Of a stretch of 32,016 bases of DNA, positions 23,110 to 30,823 are shown one piece after another. The DNA lies in assembly GCA_041487935.1 (NCBI GenBank), contig JBGPOG010000001.1:1-32016 (forward strand), given 5' to 3'. Below the pieces are notes generated by a model. The model searched no databases and was not told the DNA's origin. It saw only the letters and a list, made by a program, of their open reading frames with translations. Made by a program: the position numbers and the translations under genes. Position 1 is the first letter of the stretch, and each line of letters starts with the position of its first letter. This stretch comes from Chthonomonadia bacterium (lineage in GTDB: Bacteria > Armatimonadota > Chthonomonadetes > Chthonomonadales > CAJBBX01).

Positions 23110-24009
23110 TCAGGCGCAGAGCCGCAGATACTCCTTCAACGCTTTGGGAATCTCTACCAACGGATCGGCCGCTCCTTCATACTCAAGGTGCAAATAGCCT
23201 CTATAGCCGGCATCTTTCAGGATTTTCACCTGGCGCGCCATATCGGCATCCTCGTGTATGTTTCCGCGTGTTATGTCGGTTTTCATATGGGTCGTCACCG
23301 CATACGGAGCGCACCGCGCAAGATCCGCGTAAGGATCCTCCGTGTGGAAGTTGCCGGAATCCCACTTCATGCCGAACCAGTCGCTTTTCACGGCCTGGAG
23401 AATCTGCATCACGCCGTTGGAATCGCCGACAACGCCGCCGTGGTTCTCCAGTGCGAGCATCACTCCCTTTTTCTCGGCATATTCACAGGAGGTCTCGATA
23501 CATTCGACAACCCACTTGCGCGCCTGGCCGTCCGAAACCCCTTTCGGGGTCGGACCGGCAAATATGCGCGCGCAAGGAGCTCCCATATCTACTGCGTAAT
23601 CGATCCACTCTTTGACCTTGGCGATCTCCTTGTCGCGCGCCTCGCCAGGCGGGTGCGTGAACTGGTTGCCCACCGCCGTGCCGTTGATATCGAGCCCGAG
23701 CAGAAACGCACGCCGAACCAGTTTCTGGATGTAATCCAACTTGACCGGGGTGGGGAAGTAGTACGAGGTGAGCTCGACGCCGTCGATCCCAATCTCGGCG
23801 CAGCGGTTGAGGAAATCATCGAGCGTCATTGACGGCTGCTTCTTGCCCTGAAGAAAGTCGCGGTAAGAATACGCGCAGCAGCCCACGCGAAGGTGGGGCC
23901 CGCCGGTGCGTTTAGGAGGCTCGATAGCATTTGCCGGCATAGTAAGCAATCCTGCTCCAACGGCGCCCGCGCCGGACAGCAACGACCGCCGAGATAAGTA
24001 CTTTGGCAT
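23110..24009 (-). CDS. TAT-signal sugar phosphate isomerase/epimerase (xylose-isomerase-like TIM barrel)
   Basis: I prefer the ATG at 24009 because GAGGAA lies about 7 nt upstream; an ATG at 24024 is the alternative. The twin-arginine signal is MPKYLSRRSLLSGAGAVGAGLLTMPANA. The barrel motifs GIDGVEL, LALENHGG and GYLHLEYE are typical of AP-endonuclease-2/xylose-isomerase-like proteins. Confidence 0.85.
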   Translation of the reverse strand: MPKYLSRRSLLSGAGAVGAGLLTMPANAIEPPKRTGGPHLRVGCCAYSYRDFLQGKKQPSMTLDDFLNRCAEIGIDGVELTSYYFPTPVKLDYIQKLVRRAFLLGLDINGTAVGNQFTHPPGEARDKEIAKVKEWIDYAVDMGAPCARIFAGPTPKGVSDGQARKWVVECIETSCEYAEKKGVMLALENHGGVVGDSNGVMQILQAVKSDWFGMKWDSGNFHTEDPYADLARCAPYAVTTHMKTDITRGNIHEDADMARQVKILKDAGYRGYLHLEYEGAADPLVEIPKALKEYLRLCA

Positions 24010-24053
24010 GACATTTCCTCGCATTGATGTAATTCAAAGCTCGCCGCGTTCTG

Positions 24054-24683
24054 CTAAAACTCGTCTGATTCGTCGGCCGGGTGAATATCGGTGGCGACCA
24101 ATTCTTTCCAAAGCGACTCAACTGCGGGATTAGCGTCAAGGCGTATTAGCTTCTCCGTAACGGCTCCGGAATCAGACTTGAGTTCGGGGAATTCAAGCAA
24201 TAGCATCGCGATATCTCGCCAATCCGTTCCAGCTTTTGGGTTGCCGCGACGAGCATAATAAGAGATCACTTTGCTCGCGATCAAGTCCACTGGTGACAAT
24301 ACTTGAATGTCAGCGATTTTACGTGACTCCGGTAGTTTGTCGACGGGTCGAATGTCAACAAGATGCCGATTGCCGGTCTTTTGGACCTGGAACAGCCGAA
24401 ACCCACGACCCTGACCAATCTCCCTGATTCGAACTGCAATGTGAAAGTGGCTGCTGATATGTTCGCGCAGCTCATCGGCAAGCTCGCGAGCCCGTGTAGA
24501 CATAATGTCAATGTCCTGCGTCATTCGCGGCTCATTCACATAGGCATTAACGGCTTGAGCGCCAAAGAGTACGGCGTCTTCGCGGCCACGCAAAAACTCG
24601 AGCACCCTTTCGTGAATCGTTGCGAGCGGCAGCGGTTCTCTCAACTCAAACTCCTTGAAAGCGAGTGCGCCCGAGCCGAACAT
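24054..24683 (-). CDS. Nucleotidyltransferase-fold protein (Pol-beta superfamily, AbiEii/DUF-type), with no cognate partner nearby
   Basis: 209 aa with an ATG start and AAGGAG 7 nt upstream. The NTase motif is LFGAQAVNAYVNEPRMTQDIDI (G-x-A...T-x-D-I-D). The C-terminal helical region includes KAGTDWRDIAMLLL. No AbiEi-like or HEPN-like neighbour is present. Confidence 0.6.
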   Translation of the reverse strand: MFGSGALAFKEFELREPLPLATIHERVLEFLRGREDAVLFGAQAVNAYVNEPRMTQDIDIMSTRARELADELREHISSHFHIAVRIREIGQGRGFRLFQVQKTGNRHLVDIRPVDKLPESRKIADIQVLSPVDLIASKVISYYARRGNPKAGTDWRDIAMLLLEFPELKSDSGAVTEKLIRLDANPAVESLWKELVATDIHPADESDEF

Positions 24684-24807
24684 CCTCTAACTCCTTGTTT
24701 CAGCGTTCATTTCGATGGCCGTTTGCTGCAATCCTCTTTGCTTTGCTGGGCCTCAACAATCGTAAATGGCGCAGACAATCGCACCAGATAATCTGTTTTT
24801 CACGCTT

Positions 24808-25830
24808 TTAGAGCGTCCTTCCAACCGCCTCCGCAATCGGCCGGCACTCGCTTACGAGACTCGCAAAGTTCTGATGTGTCAGCGACTGCGCGCCGTCTTT
24901 GATCGCCTTGTCCGGGTGGGCGTGGACCTCGATCAACAGGCCGTCCGCGCCGCACGCGACAGCGGCTTTTGTCATGGGTCCCACCAGGTTCCATTTTCCG
25001 GTGCCCTGGCTTGGGTCGACGATCACCGGCAGGTGCGTGAGTTGCTTCACGAGAGGCACCGCGCTGAGGTCCAGAGTGTTTCGTGTGCTGGTCTCGAACG
25101 TGCGGATGCCGCGCTCGCAAAGCATCACGTCGTGATTACCGCCGAGTAGGATATATTCCGCGGCCTGCAGCCATTCCTCGATCTTAGCCCACATCCCTCG
25201 TTTCAAGCAAACGGCCGTGTGGCATCGTCCCACTTCTCGGAGCAGATCGTAGTTCTGCATATTGCGGGTGCCTATCTGCAGGATGTCGGCATGCTCGCAG
25301 ACAAGCTCCACGTTGCGCGGATCCATGACTTCAGTGATGACCGGAAGGCCGGTCTCCCTGGAAACAGCCTGGAGAATCTTGAGGCCTTCCACCCCCAGCC
25401 CCTGGAATGAGTACGGAGAAGTACACGGTTTGTAGGCGCCGCCTCGAAGGATGGCCGCTCCTGCGGCCTTCACGGCCACCGCCGTCTCCAGCGTCTGCTC
25501 GTACGATTCCACCGTACACGGCCCGGCCATCATCACCACGCGGGACGTGCCGATTTCAACCCCGCGCACGTTGATAACGGTTCCGTCCGGGTGAATCTCC
25601 CGGCTGACGAACTTGTAAGGCTTGATGATCGCGATGACGCGCTCGACGTATCCCAGGCTCTCGAGCTGTTCGGCGTACGCGGCTTTGTCCGCATCCGGTA
25701 CGCCCACGGCGCCGATGACGGTCCGCTCAGCGCCGTAAATCGGATGGACGCTATAACCCCAGCCCTGGATGCGCCGCTCGACCTCCTCTATCTGTTCGCG
25801 CGACGCGTGCGCCGCCATCACCACGATCAT
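24808..25830 (-). CDS. aroF: 3-deoxy-7-phosphoheptulonate (DAHP) synthase, type I-beta, with an N-terminal ferredoxin-like regulatory domain
   Basis: ATG at 25830, in an ATGA overlap with the hisC stop. Motifs [47 protein letters not shown] and [14 protein letters not shown] are present. The invariant KPRT motif reads KPCT here. The track's start at 25980 lies inside hisC. Confidence 0.9.
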   Translation of the reverse strand: MIVVMAAHASREQIEEVERRIQGWGYSVHPIYGAERTVIGAVGVPDADKAAYAEQLESLGYVERVIAIIKPYKFVSREIHPDGTVINVRGVEIGTSRVVMMAGPCTVESYEQTLETAVAVKAAGAAILRGGAYKPCTSPYSFQGLGVEGLKILQAVSRETGLPVITEVMDPRNVELVCEHADILQIGTRNMQNYDLLREVGRCHTAVCLKRGMWAKIEEWLQAAEYILLGGNHDVMLCERGIRTFETSTRNTLDLSAVPLVKQLTHLPVIVDPSQGTGKWNLVGPMTKAAVACGADGLLIEVHAHPDKAIKDGAQSLTHQNFASLVSECRPIAEAVGRTL

Positions 25831-26909
25831 TGCTTGAGCACTTCCTCCAAATCGCAAAGAAACTTGGAATTCTCCGCGCCTGTCCCAACGGTCACCCGCA
25901 GATGCCTGGGGGAGCCGAAGATATCCCCTGTGCGGACGATGACTCCTCGCCGCAGCAGGCCGTCGAACACCGGACGGCAATCCCTTGAGACATCCACCCA
26001 GACGAAGTTCCCTTCCGTGTGAATATAACGTAATCCTACTGAATCGAAGCCGGAGTAGAGCTGGAGCTTACCTTTGCGGTTCGTGCTGCGCGTAAGATTA
26101 AGGAATTCAACGTCTTCCAGCGCGGCCACACCCGCTGCTTGAGCGATCGAGCTCACGTTGAACGGTTCGCGCACCTGATTGAGGTAACCCGCGATCTCCG
26201 GCCGCGCCACGCCATATCCCAACCGCAGCCCCGCCAACCCGTAGGCCTTGGAAAAAGTCCGCAAAACTACCACGTTGCGCCCTTCCCGAATGTATTGCAA
26301 GCAGTCCGGGTAGCTCGCGCTCTCGACGAATTCGAAATATGCCTCGTCGAAAACGACGATCACGCGGTCCGGCGTACGTTCGAGCAGACGCGCCACCTCA
26401 TCCGCTGTATTGATCGTCCCCGTGGGATTATTCGGATTGGCGATGAAGATCATCCGTGTATGCTCGTTGATCTTCTCTGCCATGGCTTCAAGATCGTGCG
26501 TCCAATTCCGCAAGGCGACCTTGTGGCACGGGCAATGGTGCAAGATCGCTGCCGCTTCGTAGCGAACGAAGGAGGGATCCGCCTGGATGACCTCGTCGCC
26601 GGGATTGAGGAACGTTACGCCTAGCAGGTGGATGATATCGTCCGAGCCGTTTCCGAATACCAGATGGTCTTCGGGCACATTGAGGTGACGGGAAACTCCC
26701 TTGCGAAGGTCATGGCAAACGGCATCAGGATAGAGGTGGACGCGATCGGAAGCTTCGCGAATCGCATCGACTGCCCGCGGAGACGGCCCGAGCGGATTCT
26801 CATTGCTTGCGAGCTTGATAACCTCGGTCAGTCCAAGCTCGCGCTTGACCTCTTCAATCGGCTTGCCCGGCCGGTAGGGCACGAGCCGGGTGATGTTTTC
26901 GCCTACCAT
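25827..26909 (-). CDS. hisC: Histidinol-phosphate / aromatic amino acid aminotransferase (class II PLP aminotransferase)
   Basis: ATG at 26909 (MVGENITRLVPYRPGKP...) with GAGGA 10 nt upstream. Motifs LASNENPLGPSP, NPNNPTG and the PLP-lysine motif FSKAYGLAGLRLGY are present. The track's start at 27134 overlaps the GH9 gene. Confidence 0.9.
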   Translation of the reverse strand: MVGENITRLVPYRPGKPIEEVKRELGLTEVIKLASNENPLGPSPRAVDAIREASDRVHLYPDAVCHDLRKGVSRHLNVPEDHLVFGNGSDDIIHLLGVTFLNPGDEVIQADPSFVRYEAAAILHHCPCHKVALRNWTHDLEAMAEKINEHTRMIFIANPNNPTGTINTADEVARLLERTPDRVIVVFDEAYFEFVESASYPDCLQYIREGRNVVVLRTFSKAYGLAGLRLGYGVARPEIAGYLNQVREPFNVSSIAQAAGVAALEDVEFLNLTRSTNRKGKLQLYSGFDSVGLRYIHTEGNFVWVDVSRDCRPVFDGLLRRGVIVRTGDIFGSPRHLRVTVGTGAENSKFLCDLEEVLKQ

Positions 26910-26968
26910 GACGCTTCGTTCCTCGGGACAAATGGCAATAAGAAGCAACAGTTTACCACACGGACCGA

Positions 26969-29581
26969 TTAGCGGGGGAGGGCCGTGAGCGCGAGGAGGT
27001 ACCACATGTTGTGGACGAGCCATGGCTCGCTCGTCCGGTAGCTTGCGTGGCGCTTGCCTGGCCCGGGCCTGCTCATGTCGAAGCCTGGACGGTCTTCGCC
27101 GGAAACGTCGCGCACAAAGCCGTTCGGAATGCACCCTGGAACCGCTCCTCGCTCATGTCCGGGGATGGAGTCGTACCGGTGATGGTAGCGCGGCGGATTG
27201 ACCGCGCCGGCGCCTTCCATCATGCAAAGGTTGTAAGGGTTCTTGCCGAGCACCCAGTCGATCTGGTCCGTTGCAAAGACCAGCGCTCGGGGATCTTTAT
27301 TGACGCGATAAATCAGCGCGGCAGCCCAGCCTTTCTGGAGCTGGTTGAAGTTCAGCCCTAGAGCCGAAGTCGGCTCGAAGAAGTAGTCCTTTTCGCCCAC
27401 GCTCTGCTTGCTCAGTCCGAACGGATTATCGGCCGTACTGTAAAGGAACTCCGCATAGTCCGCGAGGGCCGTGCGTATCTTATCGGATAACGACTCTTTC
27501 GGATGGGCCAACGCATAGAGGGCGAGGGCGCCCGCATTCAACTCGCCTCCCGTCCCCCAGGCGCCGCGATACCGTCCCTCTTTGTTCTGTCCTTGAAGTA
27601 ATGAACCGGCCGACTTGTGGGCGAACTCGTCATAGGATGCTTCGTTCGTCGTTGCGAAGAGATCCAGTGCGCAAATTAAGAGATGCGGGGAGTTGCCGGC
27701 CGGATTATTGTCTTTGAGGTATTCCCAATACCGGTCGACGCGATCGCGAAAATCGTTCGGACCAAGTACTGAATCCGGCAGCTTTGCAAGCTTCGCCCAT
27801 GCCACGGTAACCAGCGGCGAATAGCCTTCGCCGGTGTCTATGACGGGGTCATCGGCTGTGCCCGGCGTACCATCTGTATGCTCCTCAGGCGGGCACCACT
27901 TCATCCAGTCACGGCCTGGCCCCTGGCGGATGTCTTTATAAAGCCCGCCGGTATCCGGATTTTGCACCTTGGCGACAAATCTTGCTCCCCACAGCGCCTC
28001 ACTGACGATGTCCGGAGCGCCGGTATGGTCGCGGTCGAATCGGCGAAAGTAGTCCGGCCACGTGTCGAACGCCTTCATGAGCGCGTACGCCACGCCGCCG
28101 TCGCCGTTTTCGTATATGATTTTGTTGTAGTCGCCGGCGCTGTGCCAGCCGCCTGTCGCATCGATGTGCTCCCCGCCCGGGAGTCTTGCGTCGTCCAGGT
28201 GGCAGGCATGGTGCCAGCCGGGGACGTCGTATCCGCACCTCTGTACGAAGAAGAAGTCCACACACAGCTTCCCGGTCGCCTCGATCAGGGCATTGTCGCC
28301 GATCGTGAACGAGACCGACGAGCCGCTTGAGCTGCCGATCCGGCAAACCGCGCGATATCGCCCGGATTTCTGCAGGCTGCTAAAATCTCCGCGCCAAAAA
28401 TACGAACCCCAATCCGCGGATTCTCCGTCGTGAATTCGCGACGCCTGCATCGATGACGACGCTACGGCCTTGCCCGAGTTGTCTAGAATCTCCAATGTAG
28501 TTTTGGGATTATCCGTTGGAAAGAAGTTCGTCGCAACGACTGCGGACTTCGGCCCTACCCGTCCGTAACTCGCTTGGTTAACGAATACCCGAATGACCGG
28601 CTTCCGTGACTGCGCGGAATCCGCGGAAAAAAGCGAGAAATCGTCACAAACGGCTTTGCCGCTTGAAACCAGGGCAACGGCGGCAACCTGGACTGCGCCT
28701 GCCGGCATCGCCGTCGTCAGGGATTGGCATTGCCAGCCTTCGGACCCGGCGCCAGGAGGAGTAAGCTCCGTTCGTAAGACTTTCTCGTCACGATCGAGCC
28801 ACACGACTCCTACCTGCGCCTTGCCACCTTCGGACTTCGTCCAACAACTCAAGCGATAGGTCGTTACTCCTGGGACGACGTTCGCCGGGACAACGCGAGA
28901 GGCATACCACTTGTTCGGTTCCGCAGTCAGTTCAAGCCCCGCGCCAGTATGCCCGTTTGGGGTGGAGGCAAATCTCCCGCCGCGCGCCCCGGGCCGAATT
29001 GCCGCCGTCTCTTCGCTCCACATCCCTATGCGGCCACGAGTGTCGGTATCAAAGCCTGAGTTGAAAACGAGGTTTGCATTCGTCGGGCAAAGCACAAGGT
29101 CGTCCAGTTGAGCTATGCCTTCCACCTCAAACCAGATGTGGCCGCGCACCGTCCCGGGACGGACGTCGAAATCGACCGCGGAATAGACCCAACTCAAGCT
29201 CTTCGCAACCCAGGGCGTCGCGGAAATCGATACCTGCCGGTCCATCACGTCGTTTAAGCCGATCACCACTCGCCCGCGTCCGCGCTCCGAGCGGATCCAG
29301 CCTGAAAGACGATAACCTTGTTCTGGGTCGATATCGAACGTTTTGCTGCTGCAGACACCGGCAGCTTTCGGGGAAGCGCCCTCGACGGACCGCGCGCCGG
29401 TTCTTCCCGCCGCAATCCGCGCAAGTGAAGGGACGAGAGTCCAATTGTCGATCCCGGTTTGGCCTCGCTCGAACGAGGGATTGGGAGCGATGTTGGTGGA
29501 GGCGGCAAGAGCGGCTGAGGCGAACGGAAAAATCGAAGCAATAACACAAGACGCATGAACAAAACGGCATTGGCAATTCAC
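26969..29581 (-). CDS. Secreted multidomain GH9 glycoside hydrolase (2x CBM4/9-like + Ig-like CelD_N + GH9 catalytic domain)
   Basis: The frame is open to 29632 (GTG). A GTG at 29581 gives a normal signal peptide (NCQCRFVHASCVIASIFPFASAALA/AST). Two CBM-like modules begin NIAPNPSFERG...W and NLVFNSGFDTD...W. The GH9 blocks are GGWHSAGDYNK, NPPRYHHRYDS, and SYRTSEPWLVHNMW near the C-terminus. Confidence 0.85.
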   Translation of the reverse strand: MNCQCRFVHASCVIASIFPFASAALAASTNIAPNPSFERGQTGIDNWTLVPSLARIAAGRTGARSVEGASPKAAGVCSSKTFDIDPEQGYRLSGWIRSERGRGRVVIGLNDVMDRQVSISATPWVAKSLSWVYSAVDFDVRPGTVRGHIWFEVEGIAQLDDLVLCPTNANLVFNSGFDTDTRGRIGMWSEETAAIRPGARGGRFASTPNGHTGAGLELTAEPNKWYASRVVPANVVPGVTTYRLSCWTKSEGGKAQVGVVWLDRDEKVLRTELTPPGAGSEGWQCQSLTTAMPAGAVQVAAVALVSSGKAVCDDFSLFSADSAQSRKPVIRVFVNQASYGRVGPKSAVVATNFFPTDNPKTTLEILDNSGKAVASSSMQASRIHDGESADWGSYFWRGDFSSLQKSGRYRAVCRIGSSSGSSVSFTIGDNALIEATGKLCVDFFFVQRCGYDVPGWHHACHLDDARLPGGEHIDATGGWHSAGDYNKIIYENGDGGVAYALMKAFDTWPDYFRRFDRDHTGAPDIVSEALWGARFVAKVQNPDTGGLYKDIRQGPGRDWMKWCPPEEHTDGTPGTADDPVIDTGEGYSPLVTVAWAKLAKLPDSVLGPNDFRDRVDRYWEYLKDNNPAGNSPHLLICALDLFATTNEASYDEFAHKSAGSLLQGQNKEGRYRGAWGTGGELNAGALALYALAHPKESLSDKIRTALADYAEFLYSTADNPFGLSKQSVGEKDYFFEPTSALGLNFNQLQKGWAAALIYRVNKDPRALVFATDQIDWVLGKNPYNLCMMEGAGAVNPPRYHHRYDSIPGHERGAVPGCIPNGFVRDVSGEDRPGFDMSRPGPGKRHASYRTSEPWLVHNMWYLLALTALPR

Positions 29582-29690
29582 GGTTGGAAACCTTTGACAG
29601 ATAGGAAATAATGAGCCGTTGAAAAAGTACACCTTTCCGATTATGAACTCTTCGCCCGGACGCCGTCAATCACCTGCGTGTACGCCGCGC

Positions 29691-30632
29691 TCACTCTTTC
29701 GGTTTCTTTGCAATCTTGTGGGCGATGAATACGAGCTTCGTTTGCTCGGCGTCCGCGGGGAGATCCGTGTATCCGCACCTCACTTCGGTCCCTTTGAATC
29801 CCGCCCGCTCCAGCATTGAGATCAGCTCCCTGCAAAGGTACAGGTTCGTCCGGAGCGCGTGCTCCTCTTGCGAGACTTTTCGTCCTTTCTGCCATAGCGT
29901 TGCGCGCATCTGCAGCGTAAGCCGCTGTTCCAGCGCGTCGAAATCGTGAATGCGCGAGATCAGCTCAATCTCATCTCCATTTGCTGCCCGCTTTCGCGGA
30001 CCGGATTCAGGCCAGGGTTGTGGAAACGATGCGCGCCGGCCAGGTAACCACTGATCCCACTGTTCCGCGTTCGAATACGGAAGGTCGTGGCTGAAAACGA
30101 GCGCGCCCCCAGGCTCGAGGTGGCGACGGACCCGACGAAGCGTCTCGATATCATGGTTCCTCTGCCCGCCGATCCCAAACGAGTCGCAAATGATAATCGT
30201 GCGATAAGAGCGCGGCATGTGGAGGGCGTGCATCGCCTGATTGAATAGGTGTGGACAAAGTCCTTCGAGTTCGGCCTTTGCCCGGCATAGTTCGAGCATG
30301 TCGGAGGAGATATCACAACCATCCACGTCGAATCCGGCGCGCAGCAGAGGGAGCAGTATCCGGCCCGTGCCGCATGCGAGGTCAAGCGCAGGTTCGCCGT
30401 TCTGCTCGATGATTCCCCGATAGAAGGCCAGCTCTTCGTCGCTCGCGACATTGAACTCGGCCCACCAGCGGGCTATCAGCCCGTAATGCCATGTTTTTGG
30501 CTGCTCGTTTGTAGCCACTAATCGGTTCTCTATTCGCCGGAGAATCGTTCTAGGGTGGAGACGCGGGTTGACGTGGCTGCTCGCAATCGGTGCATATTTC
30601 GCAAGTATGAAATGTTTCGGGACCAATGTCAA
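29691..30632 (-). CDS. Class I SAM-dependent methyltransferase
   Basis: The SAM-binding motif I is ALDLACGTGRILLPLLRAGFDVDGCDISSDML. The start is uncertain: TTG at 30632 or GTG at 30518. Confidence 0.8.
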   Translation of the reverse strand: MTLVPKHFILAKYAPIASSHVNPRLHPRTILRRIENRLVATNEQPKTWHYGLIARWWAEFNVASDEELAFYRGIIEQNGEPALDLACGTGRILLPLLRAGFDVDGCDISSDMLELCRAKAELEGLCPHLFNQAMHALHMPRSYRTIIICDSFGIGGQRNHDIETLRRVRRHLEPGGALVFSHDLPYSNAEQWDQWLPGRRASFPQPWPESGPRKRAANGDEIELISRIHDFDALEQRLTLQMRATLWQKGRKVSQEEHALRTNLYLCRELISMLERAGFKGTEVRCGYTDLPADAEQTKLVFIAHKIAKKPKE

Positions 30633-30823
30633 CGCAAGGTTGGGAGCGCTCGCGATTGCTTCTGCCCAACCGCGTGCTATAGTTATTGCAATGGGTGCGA
30701 GCGGTCACAAGTCTGCATGACGATGACCCTTGCGAAGCGCCGTTCTTGTCTTGGCCGGCTCAATGCCAAATCTTAGCGTCACGGGCCGGGCCGTCTTTCG
30801 AAACGAAGGGATGGAGCATCGTT

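Noticed and set aside
23089-23832. 247-aa plus-strand ORF over the TIM-barrel gene
   Set aside because: It lies antisense to the TAT-signal xylose-isomerase-like protein, which has a good SD and family motifs. The ORF has no recognisable domain.
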